From Azolla caroliniana (Eukaryota; Plantae; Polypodiophyta), in the NCBI GenBank assembly GCA_043228905.1, contig JBHGNT010000015.1:4836001-4900000 (forward strand): a stretch of DNA of 64,000 bases, in the 5' to 3' direction. The position numbers and the translations under genes are program-made. Every line of letters starts with the position of its first letter. The first letter of the stretch is position 1. Below the pieces are notes generated by a model. That model was not told the origin of the DNA. It searched no databases and was given only the letters and a program-made list of their open reading frames with translations. Positions 23,952 to 35,580 of the stretch are shown here, in pieces.

Positions 23952-24437
23952 CACTAAAGGCCACTGCTTTTAGGTATAGGTATCTACTTACTTTAGGTAG
24001 TCGGTTTGAAAAACTATGTAAGTAGTCTCATTTTCTTGATTTTGATCTGAGGGAGATTCCCCATTTTGTGTATAAGCTTCCTTGTATAGTCTCCTTGTAA
24101 TAATCCTTCCTAACCAATGGGAAAGTAGCTTTATTTTGGAAAAAAAAAAAAAGTAAAACAAAATGGGAATAGAACTTTTTATTGTTATTTGATTCTTTTT
24201 CTTTTGGAAGTTGAAGTTGGTTGGCATGTGGGACTAGACTATAAAAGACTTGGAATGCTTATTTTCGTACCCCTATTAATAAATCTTAGCAAAACGTGGT
24301 TCTAAAAAAGATATGTGAACGTGTTAAATAATATAATATAAATAGACTAAATAATTACTTGGCACAAGGACCATCATTCATCAAATGTGCCTAAGTATAA
24401 TATCTATAAGACACGCACATGCACGTGAGTGTATGTG

Positions 24438-24924
24438 TAACAATTGGTAACGGTTTGGTTCGAGGGTGTCAAACTCAAACCGTTTAAAACCGAACAGTTT
24501 TTGAAACTTAAACCGAACCATTAAAGAAAATCCAAACTCAAACAAAATGGTTTTAGAGATTTTCAAACCGTTAAATTCGGTTCCGGTTTTCAAGTTATGT
24601 CAAATTTTAATATTCAATTTTAAAATTTTAAATATTTCAATATATCAAAATTTATTTTATTTCCTAAGAATGTCAAAATTAGGCTTAAAAATGAAAAGGT
24701 TTAGAAAAATATTTAAGAAAATAATCAAGTGGCAATTGTTTGTATTGTTTAAACCATGGTTTCAAACCATTTTAACCGAATTGAACTCAACCGTTGATCC
24801 CCCAAATCGAACTGAACCAAATTGAAATCGAACCGTTAAAAAAATCTTGAACTTAAATCGAATCAAATTGAACCGTTTAAATTCTTCAGCCATGGTTTCA
24901 CGGTTTGAATCGTGCTGATTGTTA
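24438..24924. mobile_element. Non-autonomous hAT-type MITE (AACCG-rich)
   Basis: Termini TAACAAT...ATTGTTA. 8-bp TSD with one mismatch: TGTATGTG (24430-24437) and CGTATGTG (24925-24932). Many AAACCG/CGGTTT motifs. Confidence 0.7.
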
Positions 24925-25804
24925 CGTATGTGCATGCATGCACACACACCACACACACACACAAGTAAGAAGCCCATGATCGAAATATCCATCGTAAGGA
25001 TGCTTATCACCAATTTGCACACACACAAGGTCAAATGATAACCAAATTCTCACACATACATGCAAAAACTCATATACCTTCTCTTGCACATAAAATCATT
25101 TACACACACACACACACACACTCTCTCTCTCTCTCTCTCTCTCTCTCAAACATTATCAAAGTCTCTCTTGAACATTATGACAGAGCTAACAGTTGACAAT
25201 TTCAAAGTTCTTGAAAGCCATCTACTCAAGTCATCCCTTCCTTTCTAGTTCAAGTACTTAATGGTTCCGCTCATGTTTCACACACCATGTATTTTCGTGA
25301 CAATACAATGTTGGCCGAATGAGTAGAGAGTGTCTACCACTAGGATAGAGATGTGTATGGAGTAATAGAGAGGTGAGAGACATGGTGATAGTAGTCTAAT
25401 AATGTACCATTGTTCGAATGCTTAATGTCTTCTTCTCCAACCCCTTACTGATTATCAACTGACAGACGGAGAATCGAACCATTCATTGATTGAAAATAAG
25501 AAGGGTAAGGGATTAGATCAAATCGATTTAGAAAAGCCCATCAAAGATGGATAAGACTTGGGGGAATTTTTTTAACCCACCTAAGGTAAGCTACTATTTA
25601 AGAAAGTAGTCACTACTATTAAATTGCTAGAAGATTGTCAATTTACAAAACTAGCCCCCTCTAGATCAAAAGAAAACAAAGAGAGAACAACACAAATCTA
25701 AGCTTTGGCACAACTTACAAGCGTTAAATTGACAGAACATTGTCAAATTACAAAACTAGCCCCTCTCTAAGTCCGAAATTCCCAAATTACCCCTGCACCA
25801 GAAA

Positions 25805-25838
25805 GGAGAAGAAGAAGAAGAAGAAGAAGAAGAAGAAG
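25805..25838. repeat. (GAA)n microsatellite just upstream of the hydrolase ATG
   Basis: Run of GAA triplets about 40-75 nt before ATG 25880. Confidence 0.85.
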
Positions 25839-25879
25839 CCACGTCCGAGTCTTGCGCCCACCGCGGAATTGGGACGGCT

Positions 25880-28800
25880 ATGGCCACTCTGCAGTGTGAT
25901 GCTTCTAATCTCCAAGCTTCCATGGCACCTTTCCCATCGTATGCTGGAAGATCCCACCTTCTATCTCGTAGACTCCTTACTATTAGATCTTCTGCATCAT
26001 TTCACCATCGCTGCATAAATTTGAACCTTCCAAATCCTTATTTCCGATCCTCAACACGTTCCATCATCAGAGCTCAATCCGCAGTTTCGGAGAGATCGAT
26101 TCAGGTAATGTCGGGCCTATATCAAGTTTTCATGGCAATTTCAATCATATTTTTTACTCTTTTTCCAGGTCAAGGTTTTATTTTACTATATATAATACGA
26201 AATCGTCAATTGATTTCACTCATCACCTGCACTCTTTTCTGTCTGCGGTAATCTCACTCATCATCCCTTCACATCTCTTCGTTTTATACTATCATAGCCC
26301 AAAACAGGTACATGGACATGGCAGAAGAACTCGGATTTGAACCTTAAAGTTCATTATGAGGAGTACAGTGGAGGCACTGATGATAGAACTGGGTTTATTC
26401 AGACCGTTCTTCTTCTTCCTTCCATTTCTGATGTGAGTACCACTGAGGAATGGGGTGATGTTGCTCGGAATTTGAATGAACGAGGGGGATCAAGATGGCG
26501 TTTTGTGATACCTGATTGGCCGGGATTTGGACTCTCTGATCGCCCACGTATGGATTATACAGCTGATACCTTAGAATCTTTTCTCGTTGATTTCATCTCG
26601 GTTGCAAATAGTCCCCTCGGTGTTTCTGGTAAGCTTATTTTCTTTCTAATTTCATTTCTTTCTTTTGTGGTGGCTGTGTCAAGGGGTTTGAATGTGTGGC
26701 AACATATCATTGGAGAGTAATAGAAAAGAAACTTGTGTTGAGAGACCACTTGTCAGCACATTATTGAAGAAGGGAAATTTAATCATTTGAAAGGGAACGT
26801 ATGTGAATGGCGAAAGAAGGATACCATGTAAATACATATTTAGTTATGAGTGGAACATATTTCAACATATAATTAGAAAGGCGAGATGAGAAAAACATTT
26901 CTGTAGGGTAGATGTGGCAACCTATCAATGAAGTAGGACAAATACTGCATATAAATGCTGACTGGAAAGAAACATTCATTTTTCAAGGGAATACATGCCA
27001 ACACTTGGAAATGCAGATGGAAAGTTTCCACCTAGAAATGGTAATTTTGCATGATATTTGTTGACGTTGTGTGCAGATAAGTATGAATCCAGACTCAGTG
27101 TGTAAGATTTGCAGTATTCTTAGTTAATTCTTTGTGTCAAAGGCACTTACTTGGGAACTTAATTTTATGATTTTACATGGTTGAACGATGAGTTTCAAAT
27201 TTGAAAATAGATTCTATGGTACATATAATTCTCTTTCTTTTTCTTTTTGCAAATTTGGTATTTTATGGAGCTTCACTATGGAAAGTATTTTTGACAAACT
27301 TGAGCTTCATTTGGAACTCAAAATGCATGAAACCCAAAGTAAATTCCAAATTTTAGCATTGCATTCTGCGTTCTCCTTTTCAGGTCTTACAATGGACACT
27401 AGACATGTCATGAATCATTGAGTAATAATAATGAAGGGTTGATGCATAAAACCAACAACTATGGTGTTAAGTAATTGATACTAGCAATAATGTTGATGTG
27501 AAAAATTGATGGCAATGATGATGGTGATTATAACAGAGAACCCGCTGATAATCATAGGAGGGGGTCATGCTGCGACCTTGGCTATTCGTGCAACGCAAAA
27601 AAATTTGATCAAGGCCCAAGCCATTGCCGCTGTAGCTCCTACTTGGGCAGGACCAATGCCAATTGTCTTTGGCAGGGCACCTGAAATGGAAACAAGGTTG
27701 GTACAAATTTTCAGTTTCTAGAAGATCCTAGTAGCAATGTTGAAATGTATGGCAAATCCCTGCCTATTTCAAGAATGTAGTGGGGACGTAGGCAACCTAT
27801 TGTTGATGGACTTCTCCGTGCACAGTTGTAACTTTATTTTTGTAGAAAATCTGACTGAGAAGGGATTATGAGTATCTCTTTTCACTTTCTCAATATATTT
27901 TTCTGAGCTTGCCTCTATTTATGTTTCTTGGCTTCTTCATTCTTCTATAAAAAATTCAGTTGTATGATCTTGTGAAGCTTTTTACATTGGCCTTGGAAGT
28001 TATAGCTAGATATTGCTAGATGTAAACAACTGCCAACCACCTGCAAACATGTGAACAACAGAAAGGAGTGAGATTGAAGCGTCGAATAACCACATGATCC
28101 TCATCATGGGAATTAGGTTTATTTGGCGAAGAGTCGAAGTGATGATGATTTGCAGCTGACATGTGTGGCACAAATGTTGAGAAAGTTTGGCTGGAATCTC
28201 TTGGAGTTGTATTATATACAATCTTTGGTAGCCAGATAGACTTCTGAATGTTCAAGCATAGCTAGTGAGGATGATAACCTCAACATCCGATAGAAAAATA
28301 AACTGAATTATTATAGTCAAATTCCGTAAAATGCAGGAAATCAACCTGCTCATTTAATTGGTAGTTGACGAAGCAACGAAGATACAGCTCTAAAGGCTCA
28401 TTTGTGAGCTCGCCCTATCCTTCACCCTATGCCTTCACTTTTGGAATAATAGCTTGATGAGAGGTTACAAGAGATTCCTAGTAGTTTGAACAAGCGTTTC
28501 CAAAATTTCGAGATGAATTGTGTTTCATGATTGTTACTAATGTCATTTGTGAAACCCTGATTTTTGAATACTTTTCTCATAACTAGGTTTGCTATCTCTT
28601 GACTATTGATAGTCTTGGTGCATAGAAGAGAATGTGCCATCTTAGTGGACCAATCCACTAATATGTGAATGGCATCAAAACATGTGGAATACGAGAAATC
28701 TCTAATGAAATCTAAAGAAATGGGTTTCCATGGATCATTGGAAATTGGTAATGGCTATGACAACCCATACGGATGTGTCGAGGCATTTAGATCGTAACAT

Positions 28801-30929
28801 ACATCAAAAGTGTCTTAGTGGACCAATCCACTAATATGTGAATGGCATCAAACATGTGGAATACGAGAAATCTCTAATGAAATCTAAAGAAATGGGTTTC
28901 CATGGATTATTGGAAATTGGTATGGCTATGACAACCCATACGGATGTGTCGAGGCATTTAGATCGTAACATACATCAAAAGTGCAAACATAGCCCTCAAT
29001 GAAATTATAAATCTAAGGACACTAGTATTTCTGGGTAACCAGCTGTAAAGTCTTGTGAACTAGTGCATCATGGTTGTATTGCAAGACTTGGATTTAAGAA
29101 GGGCCATCGGGGGTGTATATATCACTATTTTGAAGAGTAACCTATCATGCAACTTGAGTTGTTTATAATCTATATGAGATTGTGTGGATATTGAGCAATA
29201 AGCATGTTCTAGAATAATATGATCTAAGAAACCTTCGATGATGCACGAATCCATAGGTGCTTCAAGAACATTAGCTACCAGCATTTGTAGATGATCAAAA
29301 CCCAAGAAGACTTGCTTTTGATAGTCAAAAGTAGGTTCTCTCAAATGAAATCCCATTAATAAAACATTTTTTTCCTTGTTGCATCCGTGGGTGATTATAT
29401 GATCACGAAATCAAAATGTATCAGAAACTACACCTAACAAGCTTGTCAACTCAAGACACATTTTGGAAATATGTGAGGTTTTTTTAATCATGTTGACGAT
29501 GATCTGGTGGGAAAAACTTCCAACAGGTGACGCCATTAGCCATCACTCAAAGAATCCATAATGGCTAGAAACCCTTTGTCATGAATCTTGTAATTGAGTT
29601 TGCAACTTCAAACTCTCATGAAGGAAATGTGACGGGATGCAGTTGCCCATCACCTCTGACATGCAACAAAATGCTCCAAAGTGCAAAATTGGATACATCG
29701 GCCTCAAGGATAAATGGCTTGGCTGGGTTGATGTGAACTAGAATAGGGGCAGGTGTAAATGCTCTATTTACTAATGTTAGAAAGGGACTAAAGTGATTGA
29801 ATAGAGGGAATGATAGATGCATGCACTACCATGATCTTGACAACATATGAATGGGAGCCTTTAGAAAGCACATCTATTGGATGGGCCTAGGAAGAAGTAT
29901 AAATATGAGGCCTTGCTACCCTCATAAAACATATTACGTTGGAAGGTTGTAAGTCTTGAGACAACATTGATGCGAGCTAGGATTTCGTTGGGACGATTGT
30001 GTTACCTCTCCCAAGGTGCCATATCTCCTCATTACTTAAAACCGTGTCTTATCTTTTGCCTTTTCAGTCAATGCCTTTTTATCCATGGTATATACATATT
30101 AAGCTCTCTACTGTTTCCACCCTTTCTTTGCTTTATATTCCCTTTTCTAAACTGCGTTGTCATTGTTTTTAAGTTGCTGGTGTTTCTTGTACTTGATTGT
30201 ACACTGAATTACCATTTTGGTATCCTATCTTACCTACAACTAAGGTGTTTTCAACAGAATTCTACCAGACTTGCACAATTATTAGCATTAAATTACTAAA
30301 ATTGTGTTCCTGTTTTTAAGTAGTGGTGTGAGCATATGACTATTTAATATAGTATATCCAAGTATATTATATGTTTCTCAAGAAAGGCAACAAAAATATA
30401 ATTAAAACCAAACTGTTAATGCTTGATAATGGGGAAAAAAGGAGATTGAAAAATTACCTGTGACTTTTTGTACAGGTATAGTCTATTAAGGAATTCACTC
30501 CAAGCACCTGGATTTGGATGGATGATGTATAATTTTATGGTGAGCAGTCCGAAGAACATCCGTACACAGTATACCTCTCATGTCTATGCTGATCCAGATA
30601 ATGTAACACCTTCATTGCTGGAGAGTAGGCTTGCATTAACAAAACGTGAAGGTGCACGATTTGCTCCAGCAGCTTTCCTGACTGGATTGTTAGATCCAGT
30701 AACCACAAGAGAAGAATTCTTGTCTCTTTTTGAAAGTGTTGGAGGAAAAGTGCCGTTGCTAGTTCTAGGAGCCACAAATGCTCCCAAAAGGTCAAAAGCG
30801 GAGATGGATGCTTTGAATGGTGCTAAGGGTGTTGCCAAGTATGTTGAAGTAGATGGTGCATTGCTCCCTCAGGAAGAGTATCCTGATTTGGTTTCTAAAG
30901 AATTGTATAATTTTCTTGTTTCTATCTGA
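25880..30929 (+). CDS. Alpha/beta-hydrolase-fold protein, At1g74640-like, probable plastid transit peptide; 4 exons, about 389 aa
   Basis: Exons 25880-26104, 26298-26628, 27537-27696, 30476-30929 (1170 nt, in frame, GT-AG). Motifs PSISDVSTTEEW, DWPGFGLSDRP, GGGHAATLA, APTWAGP, PAAFLTGLLDPV, PKRSKAEM, GALLPQEEYP. The N-terminus is Ser/Arg-rich. Confidence 0.9.
28380..29790 (-). mobile_element. Degenerate Ty3/Gypsy pol fragments (RNase H linker, integrase) in hydrolase intron 3
   Basis: Minus-strand APILVHINPAKPFILEADVSNFAL...LHPV (RT-RNase H). Integrase-like PWKPISLDF, TKMAH and FISKFWKRLF pieces, with many frameshifts. Confidence 0.75.
28640..28983. repeat. Tandem duplication of a ~172-bp unit inside the Gypsy relic
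   Basis: 28640-28812 is nearly identical to 28813-28983. Confidence 0.9.
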
Positions 30930-32438
30930 GTCTGACCCCCGATGCAATTTGATCTTATATTATACCATTTTATTAATGCATCAATTCATGTGTTAATGTG
31001 TTGGTTTGCACATGTGGCTCTTCAACATCTCCTAGGACTTTCTTAACCATTTGTGAAGATCCTTTAGTGTTCTGCTTCCTCCTTTGTAAATGCTCATACA
31101 TTTGGGCATTAGAATTCTTCTCTTCTCAGCTTTGGTTAGTCTATGTGCTCTCCATACATGCCTTGCGTGGGTGATGCCTGTACAAAACTCAACATATGCG
31201 TTGTTCAATATTGAGATTTACATATTTTCAACTGACTTGAACCATAAACCCTTTCACATCACAACAGGTTCTGAGATCCCTCCTGAGGCCCTTCTCATGT
31301 GTAGGTGCAGTAGACTTGGTTTTTTGTCCTTGCAACATGCTCTAACTCTCTAGACTTGATCTCAGGCCCTTACAACAGTTAGTGCTTTTTCTCAACTTTC
31401 TTGGTGATTGCATCTGTTTCTATAATCTTTTGGGTCCTCATAAATCGACCTTTGAATTTCCCTAATGGTATTCCAGAACTTATAGCTCTCAGCCCTCATG
31501 AAAATTAGCTTTTATTTATTTGTCCTTGAGCAGTCTGCTCGGTGTCTTCATAGCTCCCCATGATATTAATGCTAAGCCACTCCTTTGCAAGAAGAATTCC
31601 ACCATCATCACGTTTTGAACCATTTTAATACTTATTAAATATGTTCATTCCTTTTTCTTTCCTAGATTGAATTGAATGCCTAGGGAGTAGAATATTGACT
31701 AGCATAAATGAAGAAGATGTAGCCTTACTCCCTAACCCTAAATGGTTTATGGCATTATGGAATAAGAAGCCTTTAAAGCAGGTATGAATATGCATATCTT
31801 AATGCCTCTATTGCTATGCCTACAAGTCGTTTCATTCTTTACGTTGGATGGGTCTTTATTCTCTTGGCCTATTCTTTCTGCATCTAATTCCCAATTGCAT
31901 ATTGTTTTTGTAAGATTCTCCCATCTACTGCTTGGGAGATTGAGCAAATCAAAATGAGCAATAGATTGGATTAACAACAATTATATTGTAGCACACTTGA
32001 GCGTGATTATAATAAAGGAGATGATGCAATAGATATTTAAGCTCTTGATCTCCTAATTGAGTAAATTATTGTATTACAAAGGTGTCAACAATAGTACAAT
32101 AAAGTGATGCTGCTGTAAAGTTGTATGCTCTTGGACTCGTAATTGGTTACACATGTACAACAATGTCAAGTGCTCATATACAAGATTATTAAACCCAACA
32201 AGTATATTCATGTATTCTGTTAACTGAAGCACTACCCTTTCACAAGATTCAAGTTTGTTCTCATTGACACTAACATATTAGTATTGGATGTTCCCATGGC
32301 AAGAGAGAATTTGTTTATTGTAGAATACACCAATAGATAGATAGATATTTTTAGCGTTCATGGAGAGGCCAATATTGACACATGGGACCTAACTACAAAA
32401 GTTTTCTTGATGTATGTTTCCTTCCTAAGAAGGGATAT

Positions 32439-33050
32439 TCATACTTCAAAGCACCAAGTCTTGATGTGTGAATAAGGCATAGATGTGCTCAACCTTCTAG
32501 GTGTTCTCTTTATGTGACACAAGTTATCACTCCCTCTTAATGTATCATCATAGCTGTCTCGAATAGCACTATATGCAGAGCATGTAAAAAGCAAGTGATC
32601 CCCATTCTCTACTAGCTTGTACATGCTTTTATATTTGGCTAATTTTGATGCCATAATGCAACTTCAATACCTAGGTTGTGCGATCGAGTGTGAAGGAGCG
32701 TTAGGGCTCTACGGGAGTTAATAGTAAATACTCATGTTAGTAATGAAGTAAGGATGAATCAATCAATAGGCTTTCTTGCTTTATATAAACCCAACATTCA
32801 AGATTGATGGTTGCAATGTAATATTATGGTTTTTTGTCCTTTTAACATCTTTCCACTTCTTCCTTAGTGGTTCCATTAATCTTTCCTCAATTACTCGATG
32901 GTAAAGAAAGACTCACGAGTAATCTATTGCTTCTCTCTTTTGAATATGTCTAAATTAAACTAAAGTTCCCCGTACTTTAAAGGTAAAAAGCAACACCCGA
33001 ACACAAGACCCATGTGTATTAGTGGCTATAAGTATGAAAAACGAAGGATT
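32439..33050 (-). mobile_element. Degenerate LINE 3' fragment (C-terminal CCHC region)
   Basis: Minus-strand VENGDHLLFTCSAYSAIR resembles the E-x-x-x-H-x-L-x-x-C-x-x-Y tail of non-LTR RT ORFs. Boundaries are uncertain. Confidence 0.5.
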
Positions 33051-33554
33051 TGATTTCTCTCATCCCTTGGTGGTTCCTTTCCATCTCTTTATATATGTGC
33101 TCACATGCATAGAATGTATGTGAGAGTGAATGAGATGTATGTGATGTGTAATCGCCATTTGGCACACATGCTCGTGTCTATTCTGCATCAATCATAAAGA
33201 GGGCTGGCGAGGGAATCGCGGCCACAGACGGTGTAGGTCGCTCAAAGGAAGGCGCGTGCGATCTGCACCGTCAGATTTCGATAAGGAAGAACACGCGAAA
33301 AAAACCTGTCAGATGTCGCCCAACTTTGACTGTTGCAAGTTGCCCAACCGTTGTAGGTCACCCACCCCTGACCTTTGCAGGTCGCCCAACTGTGTGGTCG
33401 CCCAACCAAATGTATCATTTCGACCAAAATCTTCAAATAAGCTTGATCATTACCCTTAAAACTTACAATAACATATCAAACACTCACAAAATCCAACCTT
33501 AAATTATTCAAAATCGACGATCTTCACCATACTTAACATAAAACAAATAATCAT

Positions 33555-33900
33555 CTTAAAACATAAAAGTTAAAAGTTAAAAAACATAAAACTTAAAACA
33601 GAGATCAACTTATAACATACTTTAAACGTGAATCAAAATATGACATACTTGAAACATAAATCTACATACGACATATTTGAAACATAAAACTTAAAACATA
33701 AATAAGCATATGACATACTTGAAAAATAAATCAACATATGACATCCTTTGAACATAAATCCACATTAAACATCGTAAACCCAAATCAACATGTGACATAC
33801 TTGAAACAAGAAACTTAAAACATAAATCAACATATGACATACTCCCAAATGCACTCATAAATCAACATAAATCCACTTTAAACATTGTAAACCCAAATGC
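33555..33900. repeat. AT-rich minisatellite (AAACATAAATCAACATATGACATACTT-like units)
   Basis: Repeated imperfect ~27-45-bp units inside the TIR element. Confidence 0.75.
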
Positions 33901-34499
33901 ACTAGTCAGCAAAACCACTCAAGCTATGTTTATGGCTCATTCGGAGATGATGGCAAGATGCGGCCACAATTCTTGCAACAATCAACATTTGAGTCCCTTG
34001 ATCTAAAGGTCAAGGCATCGCAATGCAAGCATCGAATCTTCTCTGTCGCACATATTAGCAACCGCTTCCTAGCTCAACTTGCGCCTCTTTGCATTTTTCC
34101 GGTGTGTGCCTTGGAAGTGTTTGGGGCGCTGCCAATAAGATCTTGTGAAATGTTGACTGATGCTCCCCTTTTTCCACCAATTGCTTGCTTATTCCTTACA
34201 GATCCACGGTCTTCTTCATTGGTTGGTTTCGGTGCACCTGCGTGATACACCACCGTCTGACTCATTTCTTCAATGGACTCCATACATGCCAAAATTGTTG
34301 CACCGTCGAGGGATCGTAACATGGTAAATATAGGTTGGGTGACTTGCTTATTTTCCATATTTAAATAGATTGGGTGACCTGGATTATGAGAGAATGAGGT
34401 TTAAGAGGTTTGGGCGACTTGGGTTATGAGAGGATTAATTTTAAGAGGTTTGGGCAACCTGGTTTATTGCCATTGATGTTTTTTACAAAGGTTGAATGA

Positions 34500-34685
34500 T
34501 CGATTGGTTTAAAACAACTTTTTCGAAGAGATTGGTTTAAAACCGCAAATCAATTGGTTTACACTTGAGATTGGTTTAAAACAACAAACCAACTTGAGAT
34601 AACAACTTGAGATTGGTTTAAAACATCAAATCAATTGGAGATCACAACTTGAGATTAGTTTAAAACAACCAATCTTGAGATAAAC
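34500..34685. repeat. Minisatellite (GATTGGTTTAAAACAAC / ACTTGAGAT units)
   Basis: About six imperfect copies inside the TIR element. Confidence 0.75.
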
Positions 34686-35039
34686 ACTTTTTGTAAACAA
34701 CTTTTCCATTAATAAGTACTCGCGATATACAACGAGTCGATTCTCGCTATACAAAATTTGTGTGGATTCCAAGATATAGTTACACCATTAGCTCTATAAC
34801 AAAATCTGTGCTGAAAACAACAGACACAAAATTTACAATATGGGGCCACCGATCGCAGATGCAAATCCTAGTACCCTTCGTGCCCACTCATCCACATGAA
34901 TCCGAAGTGAATCCACTTCGCGTTTGGTGAACCACATCTCTGTGCCCTGTCACCAAATATGTATAAGAACACATCTATACATAATCCACATGAATAAGGC
35001 ATTGCAGTTACACTTACAAAAGTCGGAGATATCCATCCT

Positions 35040-35580
35040 CGTAAGAACTCTTCCACCAACATCTAGATAGTCTTCATCATGTAAAAGCCACAATCCTAAC
35101 CATTTGGCTAAGTTGGGATGTGCAATACGTGATGTCGACCCTCAGACACAATGGTGTGGTCTGACGGTTCAGATGAAATGGTCCGAATCGCCAACTCTCC
35201 CATTCTCCGCACGCTGTCAGTCGCCGCGTTGTTTAATGGATCATAGAAGACTACTTTGCTGGTAAGCTTAGAAACTTTATGTCACATCTTCGTCCACAAC
35301 ACCCAATGGGCGTCAAGCACGATCGGAATGAACATAAAATCACGTTCAACCACCTTCCTAAGGATGACTTGCCCCTTCACTGTTTGCTGGTGTAGCTGCA
35401 CCCACAATGGGTTGACGATGGTGAAGCATTCTGTCACCTCGGGTTGCAGTGAGTACTCCATAAACAACGCGAATAAGGTCATAGTCCACGTCGATGTCAT
35501 TTCACGACACTTGCACATGGTCTCAAGATCTGACTCGGTAACATCAAGGGCCATATCGAGATGTTGGCAGGTCAGCTGGT
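35040..35580 (-). pseudogene. Ulp1/peptidase C48 (SUMO-protease-like) fragment
   Basis: Minus strand: FMFIPIVLDAHWVL (His), VVFYDPL (Asp), IPT*PNG*DCGFYMMK (Cys; Q-x-N-G-x-DCG motif with stops). Confidence 0.8.

Larger units (their letters stand above)
8155..24150 (+). mobile_element. L1-clade LINE, degenerate, interrupted by two Copia insertions (about 5.1 kb of LINE sequence)
   Basis: 17-bp TSD AAGTAAAACAAAATGGG at 8138-8154 and 24151-24167, with poly(A) from 24140. ORF1 has a zinc knuckle; ORF2 has APE endonuclease, RT and zf-RVT motifs. Confidence 0.92.

Noticed and set aside
33555-34685. Spaced repeats that superficially resemble a CRISPR array (also 46495-46640 and 57325-57500)
   Set aside because: Eukaryotic context, degenerate adjacent units without unique constant-length spacers, and no cas genes. 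These are minisatellites.
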